Source: Octopus vulgaris (taxonomy: Eukaryota). From it: a stretch of 64,000 nucleotides of DNA. A program made the translations under genes and the position numbers. Location of the stretch: positions 78,740,001-78,804,000 of the forward strand of contig OX597831.1 of NCBI GenBank assembly GCA_951406725.2, written 5' to 3'. Below the pieces are notes generated by a model. It was given only the letters and a program-made list of their open reading frames with translations. It ran no database searches and was not told the DNA's origin. Positions 1 to 14,387 of this stretch are shown in pieces. The stretch's first letter is position 1; every line of letters starts with the position of its first letter.

Positions 1-180
1 ATATTGTAGTTTTTCTTCTTTTCGCTTCCTTCTTTCTTACAACCAACAATTTTATTATTTTAGTTTTTTACTTTTCTCATCATTTTTTTTATTTTTATCT
101 TTTGTTATAATTTATATAGTTTATGCAATTATTATTGTTTTCTTTTTGATACAGAGACCCAGATGCAGACACATATAGGA

Positions 181-222
<42 letters not shown>

Positions 223-238
223 ATGGATATATACATAG

Positions 239-295
<57 letters not shown>

Positions 296-1496
296 CACGC
301 ACACAAACATATATTTGAATTCATATATACATATATATTTACATGTATATACATATGCATATATATGTGTGTGTATATATATGTATGTATGTATGTATAT
401 ATATGTATACATATATATATATATATATATATACATGTATACACACATACATATGTATATATATACACACACATATATATATACATACATACATATTATT
501 TCGTTGGTGACGAGGTGGAGTTCACGGTATTTTCTTCTTCTTCTCCTTCTTCTTCTTCTTCTTCATGTCCTAACTTCTTTCATGCTTTTTTCTTTTACAA
601 TCCTCATATTTTGTTGTTTTCCCTCTCTTCCCCTCCTCCCTCTCTCTCTTCTTGATTACTTACTTTTTCCGTTTAAAACCTGCAACAATAACGTACTCAT
701 CATTATGACTGACCCCACTGAAGCCGGGTTTATATGGCTAAATCAAAACGAGAAGAACATGAATCTCTTTGAAAGCGCAGCGTATAAATGGCTTTCAAGT
801 GGCAATGTGGGCGAATGATAGGAACCTACTTAACAGATACTTTCGCCGGCAACCGACAAAGAGTCGTTTCGCCGGTTGTTTGAGTTCGTTTGTCGCACTA
901 TGACTTTTCTATTTTTAAGCTTTTAAATTTCTTAGCGTTTTGAGATTTTGTTCCTCGTTGTTTTTATTGTTGTTTGTTAGAACCTCCTTTATTATCGCAG
1001 CCAAAAAAGTAGGTAGTCTGTCGTAGTATAACTCCACGTCAGTCTTGTTAGAGGAGCAATATGGCTGAACAACTAGAAGCGAGATACAGCTCCAGATCAC
1101 CTTTCTATAATTTTTCTGTGCCTGAATTGGCTTTCCGTCGGTTACGACGAAGAGTGTGCCAAGTTCATCCGACCAACAGAACAGCTTACCTGTAAAACTG
1201 ACGCCCTAGAGGCCAAGCACTCCACAAACACGCCTACCCCAAACGTAGTTCTCAGACGGATACAACGTGACACACAATCTGATAAGTCAGGCCATTTTGA
1301 ACTACACGTACGTCACACTTTTGCAAACTGATTGGAGGAAAGGAAAAATAAAGTTTCTTGTCCGGAATCGAACTCACAACCTTACGATAGTGAGCCTTAA
1401 TGCTCTAATCACTAAGCCAAACGATTTCAGAGTTTCCTACAACGAGTCTTTGAACAACTAGTATAATTGCCGTGACCGTCCTGTCATATTTATTTA

Positions 1497-1908
1497 TTTC
1501 TTTATTTCCCACAGGGGCTAAACACAGAGGGGACATACAAGGACAGACAAAGGGCTTAAGTCGGTTACATCGACCCCAGTGCGTAACTGGTACTTAATTT
1601 ATCGACCCCGAAAGGATGAAAGGCAAAGCCGACCTCGGAGGAATTTGAACTCAGAACGTAACGGCATCCGTAATACCTATTCCTTTATTACCCACAAGGG
1701 GCTAAACACAGAGGGGACAAACAAGGACAGACAAAGGGCTTAAGTCGGTTACATCGATCCCAGTGCGTAACTGGTACTTAATTTATCGACCCCGAAAGGA
1801 TGAATGGCAAAGCCGACCTCGGAGGAATTTGAACTCAGAACGTAACGGCATCCGTAATACCGCTAAGCATTTCGCCCGACGTGCTAACGATTCTGCCAGC
1901 TCGCCGCC
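1497..1908 (-). mobile_element. SINE family C, tandem partial dimer
   Basis: Two units of about 183 bp with the core GACTTTGCCTTTCATCCTTTCGGGGTCGATAAATTAAGTACCAG (resembles the MetaSINE-type central domain). Confidence 0.85.
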
Positions 1909-2039
1909 CTATTTATTGCCATGCATTTATTCAACGCTAGGTTATCTAGTTCTGAATAAAACACTATAATTATAAAATATTTGTGATGAAAGTTCAGTGA
2001 AAGATAAGGTTTTTTTCAGGAATCAAACTTTAATCATAT

Positions 2040-2330
2040 CTCCCTTCCCACCATGTAACCTTTGAAATGATGGCAGCCCGTCGGTTAACCAAAGCACGAA
2101 AGCCACACCGAGCTGTGACGTGATTTTCATGAAGTAAACAACGATATGTGGTGGCCATCAATATATCAGAGGGCTTCAGATACCTGTTATGAACAGGAAT
2201 CAACTCAATAAAGGAGGGCATTGCATCATTTGTGGTGGTGGTTTGATCTCTGAGGCATATAACGAACGTATGTTCCAGGGAGGACTTTGTACCAAATGGC
2301 CATTACAGACACTAACAAGAAAAGCATAGA
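2040..2330 (+). mobile_element. Highly decayed Tc1-like transposase fragment
   Basis: ARRLTKAR..DVIF..YIR..NKGGHCIICGGGLIS follows the order of Tc1 motifs (RL.FA..W..VIFSDE..GGS.MVWG.IS). Confidence 0.35.
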
Positions 2331-2989
2331 AATGTGTTGTGAAGTATACTAAAATACATTTAGATTATCTGCAGTTTAACTGAAATTTATCTGCTATTTC
2401 TAGAAGATCAGTGATCGTATGGAAGCAACATTATTCAGTCGTTAAAGAGTAGCTTTTTATCCACATTGTTGATTAGTCCCGTATAATCCTATCTAATCAG
2501 GCTTAAATCCAAACGCATTCCAACCATGGCCAATCCGACTTCTTTTTTTACTGATAGATATCAAATTACCATCTTAGGTGTCTTTCTATTTTAAAATTGT
2601 GGTGCGTAATTTGATTGAGATTTGACTGCTATTTCTAGCATTTATAATAACGACCACGTAAAAATCTCTTCGTAAAAGGCGGATGCTATCTTCGCACCTC
2701 ATTGAAATATCATTAATCAGCCACACAGAACAACATCACAGAAAAAGAAGAAAAAAAAAACAGAAAGAGGGAAATGACCTAGTGGCTAGTTTTAGAGAGC
2801 AATAAGTCTTTTCTAGAACACAGGGAAAAAAAGGTTGTAACAATTTATCCTAACTACAACTTCGGGTAGAACAAAATTGCTCTACCTTGATTTGCATATC
2901 TGTACTACCAGCATTATGCCCTGGATAAGATCTTAAACTGCATCCAGTGGTTGACGTAATCGTAACCGCCCTTTGCAAAATGATTCGCG

Positions 2990-3370
2990 GGGTTTTGGTT
3001 TGTCTTAACGTTCTGAATTCAAATTCTGCCAAGTTCGACTTTGCCGTTCATCCTTCTAGGCTCGATAAAATAAGTACCAGTTATGGACTGGTGTCGATGT
3101 AACCGAAATAACCCTCCACCAAACATTCTGTTCCTGTGCCAATTTTAAAATTTTGGCACAACAAATATTACTGTTTTGTTTAAGACGGCAAGTTGGCAGA
3201 ATCGTTAAGTCACCGGATCAAAGCTTAGCGGCATTTCGTTTGTCTTTACGTACTGAGTTAAGATTCTGCTGAGATCAACTTTTCCTTTCATCCTTTCGGG
3301 GTCGGTAGACTGGGGTCGATGTATTCAACTTGTACCCTTACCCACAATTGTTGATTAGAAACCAATATTA
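2990..3370 (+). mobile_element. Two diverged SINE C copies
   Basis: The core motif is present twice. Confidence 0.7.
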
Positions 3371-3700
3371 CTGTTTTGCCTTTATTCGACTAAAGTATTT
3401 ACTAGTACATATTAATGTGTATGGGTGTACATAGGCGCAGGAGTGGCTGTGTGGTAATTAGCTTGTTTCTCAACCACATGTTTCCAGGTTCAGTCCTACT
3501 GCGTGGCAAAATGACTATGTGTTTTCTAATATAGCCTCGGTATGACAGGTAGTGACAAATATATACAATTAGATTGACTGAGGTACTAATACGAGTCATA
3601 AAAGTCATTATTATGAGATGATTATGAGATGATAATAAAGTAAGAGAACAAAACGGACCATGGTTTACGCGAAGGCTATTCATCGTTTGAAAAACACCGG

Positions 3701-3754
<54 letters not shown>

Positions 3755-4318
3755 TATATATAGGGAGAATTCACAAGAAAACAAAAGATGAAGACAGGTG
3801 TTGTAGACAACAAACAGATGTATTAGTTTAACGCTCGGGAAAGGAAAAAGTCTTTAACGTTTCGAGCCTACGCTCTTCCACAGAAAGGAACACAGCTAGA
3901 AGCAAGGAGAGAAAATAAAGAATGTGTAGTGGCTAGCGATCTATCATGGCAAATCAGTTGAGTGAGAGGACAATACACAAACGCACACACACATACACAT
4001 GCACATATACGCAAATCTTTCCTTTAATTGGTGAGTGGTGTGGTAAGGAAACGTTGCATATATATATATATGTATATATATAATGTGTGCGTCTGGTTTA
4101 TACCCGTATATAAGCAGTTCGGTTAAAGAGACCGATAGAATAAGTGCTAGGGTTACAAAGAATAAGTCCTGGGGTCGATTTGCTCGACTAAAGGCAGTGC
4201 TCAAGCATGGCCGCAGTCATATCACTGAAAAAAATAAATTACATACATATGCATATATATATATATATATATATATGCATATGTATGTAATTTATTTATA
4301 AATATATACATATGTATG

Positions 4319-4349
<31 letters not shown>

Positions 4350-4374
4350 GTATGTATATGTATATATACATATG

Positions 4375-4452
<78 letters not shown>

Positions 4453-4969
4453 TGTGTATAGATAGACAGACATACAAACAGACTGACAGACAGATAGATA
4501 CTGTTTATGCTGGTCAGTTTTAACTGAGTTTATATTACATTGGTCTGGATCGGAATCTGCCTTCTAAGCAATTAAAGACAGCCTCCCTCCCCTTCTTTCC
4601 TTCTCCCTCCCCTTCTTTTCTTCCCCTCCCCCTCTTCCTCGTCCTCTAGCCCTCCCTTCGCCCATTTTTCTCTTCTTTTCTTCTTCTTCTGGTTCGTATT
4701 TATAATTTCTTATTCATACAACTCAAAATCCTGCCACTCGTATAAATCCACCGTTCACTCCACCATCGTATTGGCATCAGCAGCAGCAATAGCATCATCA
4801 TCAGCGACAGCAGCAGTAGTAGTAGTAGTAGTAGTAATAGTAGTAGTAGTGATGGTGGTGGTGGTGATGATGGTGATATGTACATAAAATTCCACCCCCC
4901 CAATATATATGTATGAATGTATGTATGTATCTAACTATCTGTCCATCTATCTATATCTATCTACCTATC

Positions 4970-5037
<68 letters not shown>

Positions 5038-5205
5038 TAGATATATAGATAGATAGATAGATAGATATAGATATAGATATATACACTTACATACACACAT
5101 AAATATATATGTATATATGTATATATTTAGTATATATATATGTTTATGTATGTATATACATAGATACGCGCACACACACTCACACACACACCACGCACAC
5201 ACATG

Positions 5206-5282
<77 letters not shown>

Positions 5283-5621
5283 ATACACATACACGCATGA
5301 AGCTGTCCTTTAATTGGTGAGTGGTGTGGTGAAAGGAAGCGTTACCCTATCCCCAGCTCGTGCCAGTTAGCAACGTCCACTTGTTGTTCTTCTTGTCGCT
5401 GTTATTGTCCTTAATCTAATTGTTGCATTTCTTTTGATTGTACGCTACTGATGGTGGAGTGTCGTGGCTGGAGAGGGTGTAGCGGCCTGTATATATTAAG
5501 TAAAGGAAGCATGAGTCTGCTATTAGTAAGCAATCACTAAGTTCTAAATTTAAGTAGGTCGTACAGATAGGGCGTATATGAATGTATGTATGTATGTATG
5601 TATGTGTGTGTATGTATGCAC

Positions 5622-5652
<31 letters not shown>

Positions 5653-5988
5653 TGTATGTATGTATGTATGTATGTATGCACGTATGTATGGGTGTCTGTA
5701 TGTATATATGCATGTATACATATACATATGTATGTGTATGTATATAGGTATGTACGCTTTTATACATATATGTATGTGTGTATGTATGTTGGTATATATA
5801 TTCGTTGTGCTTATTGTCCTGTATCTCTCTTTTTTTGCCTGTCTTGTTCCTTGGTTTGTGTCTATGTTTTTCGTCTCTCTATGTGTTCGACGTCTTTTTG
5901 GTGTCCTGTACACATATATGCGTGTATATGTACATGTAGAGGTAGGTACGTACATATATGTTTATATATATGCATATATTTTATTAAC

Positions 5989-6025
<37 letters not shown>

Positions 6026-6489
6026 GGTGGGGGTGTATCTGAACACATATATATTTGTATACGTATGAATGCATTAAAATATGTATGTATATGTGTATAT
6101 GTATGTATATATGCATATATGTATCTATTATGTATGTTTATGTATGTGTGTATGTATGTATATATACGTATATATATGTATATCTAAACATATGTATATT
6201 TGTATGTGTATGATTGTATGTATGTATGTATTTATGTTGAATGCGGACCAGCAGAAATACGCATGTTTAGTGTTAGGAGGCGTAGTATAACTACTTGGAG
6301 TGACCCCCTAACCCTAGTCAGAACATCCTTCTTGGGACACTGTATAGTAAAACCTGCGGTCTGACATGAAAACTGGTCCATTCGCTTTGGCTTGTCACTA
6401 GGTTCTTACTACGGATACTCTGAGAGTCGGACTCTTGTTAAATAAGTGTTTATCAGTAGAGTCCAATCTCTCCAGGGTAACACTTTTCT

Positions 6490-6890
6490 ATATTTTTGAG
6501 ATGAGGAATTATGTACATTATTTACAATGGACCGATAGGTGTCCTCACCTTCTTTCTTGTTACCACAATTACACTAGGACACATCAGGTGTCCTAGTGTA
6601 ATTTCGAACCCAGCCCTTTATTTGACTAATGGGGTACACTGTTCTCATTCCTAACCCTCGGATTCGTAGCTCAATCCCAGGCAGGGACTTGAAAAATAGT
6701 ATCAGCAGTAAAATAACATCAGCAACATACCTTAGGAATGAGAACGGAATACCCCATTAGTCAAATAAAGGGTTGGGTTCAAAACCCCACCAGAAGACGT
6801 GATGAAGGCTGCAGAGTACATCAGCCGAAACGTTGTGATGAAAATAAACAAGATGAGGGCACCTATCCTTCCGTTGTAAATAATGTCTCT
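6490..6890. repeat. Inverted repeat pair with an HHR-like motif in the right arm
   Basis: 6601-6654 matches the reverse complement of 6731-6785, and 6510-6565 that of 6835-6886. GUGAUGAAGGCUG..CAGCCGAAACGUU lies at 6799-6834. Confidence 0.8.
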
Positions 6891-6899
6891 TAGGGTAAT

Positions 6900-7150
6900 C
6901 ACATTTGTTATTCCATCAACTGAAAGGTTTATGGACACAGATGAGTGACGTTGTGTGCACATCTATCCACTTGGAAGCACACAGTAAATTACAACTTTCG
7001 TCTGTGTGTTACCTATGTTTCAAACCATGCAGATCAGCAACGAGAGTGAATATTCGTCAGAGAGGTCACGGATGGAAAATCAGAAATGACATTGACAACT
7101 AGGAAGTACAAGTTGAGGGCGACCATCTGTGAAGATGGAGAAATTACCAT
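6900..7150 (+). mobile_element. Probable RTE-type LINE 3' end
   Basis: CYLCFKPCRSATRVNIRQRGH resembles the C-terminal Cys/His motif of RTE ORFs and is followed by a short 3'UTR. Confidence 0.4.
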
Positions 7151-7169
7151 GTATGTATACGTATGCACG

Positions 7170-7355
7170 CAAGGGTGTAGCTAGGGCAAATGGCACCCAG
7201 TGCAAACATAAAAATTGCGCCGCCCACCCCAACCGAAAAGTGGAAACACGCATAGAAACGGCATAATTAGAAAATGATCTTGGCTAAAATTGCTCCCCAC
7301 TCAAAGTGGCGCCCAGGGCATGTGTGCTGCTTGCCCCATCCTAGCTATACTCCTG
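7170..7355. mobile_element. hAT-type MITE
   Basis: TIRs CAAGGGTGTAGCTAGG / CCTAGCTATACTCCTG and an 8-bp TSD, TATGCACG / TAAGCACG. Confidence 0.75.
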
Positions 7356-7509
7356 TAAGCACGTTTGTATGTGTGTGTAATATACGTATGTGTACTTGAA
7401 TGTGTATGAATGTAAAAACATGTATATGGATGTATGTGCATGGATGTATGAAAGTATGTGTGTAAGTGCTTGTATGTGTGTGTGTATATGAACATGTAAT
7501 TGACAAGCC

Positions 7510-7820
7510 ATCAGTTACGTTCATGACGATTCCAGTTGATCTGATCGACGGGAAAGTTTGCTCATGAGATCAACGTGTAAGTGGCTGAGTACCCCGCGGA
7601 CACGCGTACATTTAACATAGTTCTCAGGGAGATTCCGCGTAACACAGACAGTGATGAGGCTGGCCCCTTTGAAACACTGTTGCAACACATTTTTGCCAGC
7701 TGAATGAAATGTAGAAAAAGGAAAAGAAATAATTTTTTTTGCCCAAGGAAGAAGGCGCGGCCGGGAATCGAACTCATGATCGCGAGCCGCATTCCTCACC
7801 ACCAAACCACGCGCCTTCAC
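7510..7820 (-). mobile_element. SINE family D. Related copies at about 1125-1430, 14800-14960, 34845-35112 and 58285-58512.
   Basis: tRNA-like head (GAGTTCGATTCCCGG) and shared body AAGTGGCTGAGTAC..TTCTCAGGGAGATT. Confidence 0.7.
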
Positions 7821-7897
7821 TTGTATGAACATATGTATGTGCGTAAGCGCCTGAATGTGTGAAAGCATGCCTGCGCATGCGTGTAAAGGCAAGCAGT

Positions 7898-8124
7898 TGA
7901 CCCCTTAACATTCGGATTCCTCTGTCAAATGTAAAGCCTGTTTAATTACGTTGTTTTAAATTAATTGTACAGCATCTTGTAACTCTGAGATTTTGATGAT
8001 GTCCCTGCTTATTTTTAGAATGACTTTGTAGGGTAGGTGTGAGAGGTCAGAGCTGGCCGGTATGAGCATAAAACAGGAAGACAATTTTGGCCTGATATGG
8101 CCGGTTTAAAGACTAAAGCATTCA
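7898..8124. mobile_element. Decayed piggyBac-like MITE
   Basis: Ends TTGACCCCTTAACATT / AAGACTAAAGCATTCA resemble TTAA-CCCTTTAGCATT TIRs. Confidence 0.45.
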
Positions 8125-8350
8125 ACACTTGTTTTATCGGAAACTGTCATTTAGCCGAGTGTGTGTTAAGAAAATGTTTTAAGCAATTGTGGTAAATGAT
8201 AGAATGAAAGAGAAAGTCGGTCTCAGATACGACCAAGCAGAGCAGCCGAGAAGAAATATCTGCAGAGAGAACTTCTGAAGCTTCTGAATTAGCGATTAAG
8301 AAAATATTTTAAGGACAACTTAAGAAAAGAATATTGTCATCGTATTGATG

Positions 8351-8490
8351 AAAGAATTGGAGCTTGTTAAAAGATGCAGATATTTCGTATGCAAGATAGC
8401 CTTGAAATGGAGAGGGGGATCGGGTGAGAGAGAGAGAGAAGGAGAGACAAAGAGACAAAGAAAAGGGGGAAGAGTGTGTATGTGTGTATT

Positions 8491-8531
<41 letters not shown>

Positions 8532-8558
8532 TATATATATATATACATATATATATAC

Positions 8559-8610
<52 letters not shown>

Positions 8611-8626
8611 TATATATATATATATG

Positions 8627-8689
<63 letters not shown>

Positions 8690-8874
8690 CCAGTGGTTAG
8701 GGCAGCGGACTCGCGGTCGTAGGATCGCGGTTTCGATTCCCAGACCGGGCATTGTGAGTGTTTATTGAGTGAAAACAGCTCCACGATGCTCCGGGAGGGG
8801 GTGGTGGCGATCCCTTCTGTACTCTTTCACCACTCTTTCTCCTACTCTTTCTTCTGTTGGTCTGCTCGCATATG

Positions 8875-8927
<53 letters not shown>

Positions 8928-9170
8928 ATATAAATATATATGCATATGTATATGTATGTATGTATTCAAATAAAAAATAATTTCATTTATCAATATTCAG
9001 GGATAGATAATAATACTTTTTCCTCTTACACACATACACACTCTTCCCCCTTTTCTTTGTCTCTTTGTCTCTCCTTCTCTCTCTCTCTCTTTCTCACCCG
9101 ATCCCCCTCTCCATTTCAAAGCTATCTTGCATACGAAATATCTGCTTATTTTTACTAGCTCCAATTCTTA
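8351..9170. repeat. Inverted duplication (8351-8489 / 9027-9170) bracketing a SINE
   Basis: High-identity reverse-complement arms of about 140 bp. Confidence 0.85.
8690..8870 (+). mobile_element. SINE family B partial copy
   Basis: Homologous head and body. Confidence 0.8.
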
Positions 9171-9673
9171 ATATATATATATATATACGATATATACAAA
9201 TGAAATTGAAATTACATGTATTTGTGTGTACATATATATATACATATATATACATATATATACTCTTTTACTCGTTTCAGACACTTGACCGTAGCCATGC
9301 TGGAGCAACGCTTTTAGTCGAGCAAATCGTCCCCAGCACTTATTCTTTGTAAGCCTAGTACTTATTCTATCGGTGTCTTTTGCCGAACCGCTAAGTTACG
9401 GGGACGTAAACTCACCACCATCATTTGTCAAATGATTTTGGTGGGACAAACACAGATACACAAACATATACACACACATACATATATATATACATATATA
9501 CATATATACGACGGGCTTCTTTCAGTTTCTGTCTACCAAATCCACTCACAAGGCTTTGATCGGCCCGAGGCTATAGTAGAAGACACTTGCCCAAGATGAC
9601 ACGCATTTCGCCCGGCGTGCTAACGTTTCTGCCAGCTCGCCGCCTTATACATACATATATATATATACATACA

Positions 9674-9753
<80 letters not shown>

Positions 9754-9835
9754 TATAATTTCATGTATATTTGTAAATTGATATATGATGTGTATACACA
9801 CATCTATATATACATTATATATATTTGTATATAGT

Positions 9836-9881
<46 letters not shown>

Positions 9882-9892
9882 GTATGTATACG

Positions 9893-9961
<69 letters not shown>

Positions 9962-10154
9962 GGATAGATAATGATAGATATGTGTGCACATATATGTTAT
10001 ATCATATATATATGTGTATATATGGACGATATAAAGAAATCAGTAAATCGACAAAAGAGAAACGATTTCGGTTGATATTTTGACATTGAAACGATTTCGG
10101 TTGATATTTTGACATTGAAACTCAGAAAAAGAAAAAAGCTTAAATCGAGTTATA

Positions 10155-11019
10155 CACGTGGTATCATCAATAAGTATCTGGACTGTTGCTATAGTAACGA
10201 AGCTAAAGCACGCAGAGTGATGCCGCTCGGTACAAATTGGCCTGAAACACTCGTGTGCATGCGCACTAAATTTTAACGCTCTAGCCCACTTCTACTGTTT
10301 ATAGCAGTGCTTGCAAGGAACATGTGTAGCGTGTGATTGTCGCACTGACCATGAATCTGCATCAACTGTTGCTACAAGCTTGGCGATCGCCGATTAGAGG
10401 CCTACGCAAGGTTGCAGAAGGTGTACGGAGAGGAGTGGAGGAGGCGAAAAAATATCGATACTGACAAACGTTCTGAGAGACCCGCAACCGAAAGAACTGA
10501 GGAAAACTTCGCAGCTGTGAGAGGAAATCGTCGAATCATCCGTGAGTTATCAGAGGATGTACAGATTAGCTACGGTTCAATTCAGTCCATTATCATTCAA
10601 GATTTGGATGTGAGACGCGTGTCTGCCAAGTTCGTCTCAAAACTGCTTTCAGCTGACAACGCACCTGCCCTTTCAGCCCAGCTTGTGCAGCAGTTTTTGG
10701 CTAGGCAAGGCATTCCTCAGGTTCGACAGATCTTGCGTATTCTCCAGATCTTGCCCCTTGCAACTTTTCCCTCCTTCCAAAAACCAAATCCAGCTTGCAT
10801 TGCAGGACGTCAAAGAAATCAAAGTGAATGCGAACGAGGCAGCTGCTGATTATCCCATTAAACGAGTTCCAGTAATGGTTCCATCAATGAAAATAGCGCC
10901 GGATGAAGTGTGTAGCTTTCGAAGGGGTCTACTTTGAAGGAGATTAAATGCCAAATTGGTACTTGTTGCAATTTTGATTTTATAGTACCAGTCCGGATAC
11001 TTACTGATCAGACCGCGCG
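10155..11019 (+). mobile_element. Internally deleted mariner element
   Basis: Imperfect TIRs of about 38 bp (CACGTGGTATCATCAATAAGTATCTGGACTG / CAGTCCGGATACTTACTGATCAGACCGCGCG) with TA flanks. Transposase fragments IRELSEDVQISYGSIQSII..VSAKFVSKLL are fused to DNAPA..FLA..YSPDLAPC. Confidence 0.85.
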
Positions 11020-11034
11020 TATATATATATATAT

Positions 11035-11329
11035 ATCACGGGATCACGGGATCGACCAGGCTATCACATCGCTGGTCACAATGCGCTTCGTATTGTTTTA
11101 GCCTTCAAATGACGCCACCCGCTGGCTAAGCGACCAGACTAACAGAAGAAAGAGTGAGAGAAAGTTGTGGCGAAAGAGTACAGCAGGGATCGCCACCACC
11201 CCCTGCCGGAACCTCGTGGAACTTTAGATGTTTTCGTTCAATAAACACTCACAACGCCCTGTCTGGGAATCGAAACTGCGATCCTACGACCACGAGTCCG
11301 CTGCCCCTAACCACTGGGCCATTGCGCCT

Positions 11330-11333
<4 letters not shown>
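11035..11333 (-). mobile_element. SINE family B copy
   Basis: Homologous to 31178-31485. Confidence 0.85.
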
Positions 11334-11370
<37 letters not shown>

Positions 11371-11417
11371 TAGATAGATATAGACATATATATATAAATA
11401 TATATGTATGTATGTTG

Positions 11418-11493
<76 letters not shown>

Positions 11494-11529
11494 TATATGT
11501 ACGTCTGTCACTACAATTATACAAGATAT

Positions 11530-12193
11530 TGTCTCAATTTTGGGCTCTAGGCCAGCAATTTCGTGGGAGGGGTTAAGTCGGTTACATCGCCTCCAGAGTT
11601 CATGTGGTATATATTTTATCGATCCCGAAAAGACGAAAGGCAAAGTCTCCCCCGGTGGCATTTGAATTCGGTGCGTAAAGTTGGAAGAAATGTCGTAAAG
11701 CTTTTTGTTCGATGCAGTAACGATTCTGCCAGCTCGCCGACTTAATTATACAACACATTCGTTTCGACTCTAGGCACAAGGCCCGAAGTTTTGGGACAAT
11801 CGATTACAACAACTCCAGTACGCAACTGGTACTTTATTTATTGACCCCGAAAGGATGAAAGGCAAAGTCGACCTCGGCGGAATTTGAACTCAGAACGTAA
11901 CGGCAGATGAAATACCGCTTTGCATTTCACTCGGCGTGGTAACGTTTCCGCCAGCTCACTTGCCTTAACACTACCAAATATTCTTTTCTACTCTAGGCAC
12001 AAGGCCCGAAATTTGGGAGTAGGGCAGTCGATTAGATCAACTCCAGGACGCAACTGGTACCTTATTTTATCGACCCCGAAAGGATGAAAGGCAAAGTCGA
12101 CCTCGGCGGAATTCGATCTCAGAACGTAAAGACAGACGAAATACCGCTAAGCATTTCACCAGGCGTGCCAACGTTTCTGCCAGCTCGCCGCCG
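11530..12193 (-). mobile_element. Three head-to-tail SINE C copies
   Basis: Units at about 11530-11740, 11760-11966 and 11985-12193. Confidence 0.85.
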
Positions 12194-12459
12194 TAATTAT
12201 CCAAAATAGTAAAGTATGTAGAATATAATAATTAGGCACTGAATTATTTTTGGAATACCTCGTTTAAAGGAATTCCGTCCACAGAATTTGAGGAAACGCT
12301 TCTGGTATTTTAAGGATTATTTTTATCGAAACTTTTAATGAGGTCAAAGAATTAACTTTGAAATTCGGATCACTTCAATTCTGCATAATTTCAATTTTAC
12401 ATTCAGATTTTTAAAAAAATATTTTTTGAAGAAAAGCAAAGTTACATATAGACGATAAG

Positions 12460-12500
<41 letters not shown>

Positions 12501-12642
12501 ACACACACACGCACACACACATCGTATATGCATGCATATAAACATATGTACATACATGCGCACACATGTATATATGTATATACATATATATATATAAATT
12601 AACACGCGTACACACACAGATGAATGAACACGCACACACACA

Positions 12643-12689
<47 letters not shown>

Positions 12690-13010
12690 AGAGAGAGAGA
12701 TAGATAGATATATATATATATAGAGAGAGAGATAGTATACAAAAAGGAAAGAAGCGTCTACGTAACTTGTATGTATATATGTATTGATATGTGTGTGTGT
12801 GTGTGTGTATGTTCATAGATAAACTTAAATTAAATTATAGAAATAATTGGGAGTATGGAAAATATTTGTCATCATCTCGAACTCATGGTATAAGCAGCCG
12901 AGTCGAAAAAACATCATAATTATTTTTATTATTCCATGTACTCCCGTCAATACAAGCACACAAAGTTTATATGTGTGTGTGTATGTGGAGGAGGGTGTAA
13001 ACATACATGC

Positions 13011-13063
<53 letters not shown>

Positions 13064-13064
13064 G

Positions 13065-13097
<33 letters not shown>

Positions 13098-13098
13098 G

Positions 13099-13176
<78 letters not shown>

Positions 13177-13682
13177 CTATGTAATTCAAGTGGGTAAGCT
13201 CTAGTATGAATTTCACATTCTGAGTATCTTCAAATTATATTTCAATTTTACAATCGCTAATAATTTTGAATGCAAGTGTAGTTATTTCAAAGTATCTTTT
13301 CGAAAGTATATTATTTTTATTATTGGAAAGAAGAAAAAAATGGGCGCGTCTTATTGTAATTTAACTCTATGAGGGGATAATATGATGAAGTAGTTTTACA
13401 TAGATACATACAAATACAAACCTACACACACACACATATATGTATGTATGTGTGTGTATGTGTACGAGTGTGCACAAGCATACTCAGACAGGCAAGCAAA
13501 TGCATGCTGTAATATATAAAAATATATCTCTTTTGGTCCTCACACACACACACACACACATATGTATGTATGTACGGATGTGTGTATATCAGTAAACCTA
13601 TCGATATATATTTCACAATTAGGGTAAAATAAGTGAAATTGTGAATTTTAATTTCATTCGTTATTATTATCGTTGTTCTTTA

Positions 13683-13787
<105 letters not shown>

Positions 13788-13805
13788 CACCATCATCATC
13801 ATCAA

Positions 13806-13865
<60 letters not shown>

Positions 13866-14023
13866 TATTATCAGGATCGCCTGATCGGCACAAGTATTGT
13901 CGTTCTCCTCATTGCCGTGAAAGTCATCGTTGTCGTGATGGTACGCATCATTTTCATGTTGGCCATATTCACCAATATGGTCTACGTAAAATAAAGTAAT
14001 ACATACATACACACATACATACA

Positions 14024-14059
<36 letters not shown>

Positions 14060-14154
14060 TATTAAAAAGAAGGAAAAATTATTTCTTGTATATATATATA
14101 TGTGTGTGTGTGTATATATATAAATATATAGATACATACATGCATACATATGTT

Positions 14155-14194
<40 letters not shown>

Positions 14195-14339
14195 AAGGTT
14201 TGGAGATGATGTACAGGTATTTTATATTAGAAGAAATGAAGTACTCAGAAATCCGGATGGTTTTATATTTACAGATATTTATTTGTATATTACATGTTTT
14301 TATACATCATATATCATATATTAGCGCTTTCGTCCATTC

Positions 14340-14387
<48 letters not shown>

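Noticed and set aside
700-1120. Possible host exon or start codon (MTDPTEAG.., MAEQLEAR..)
   Set aside because: Short, no recognisable domain or consistent splice pair, and the second runs into a SINE.
10058-10121. 29-bp tandem duplication
   Set aside because: Ordinary slippage duplication with no further structure.
11260-11333. tRNA genes (also about 8690, 31410, 45720, 18955, 27125)
   Set aside because: These are SINE heads continuing into SINE bodies, without a full cloverleaf.
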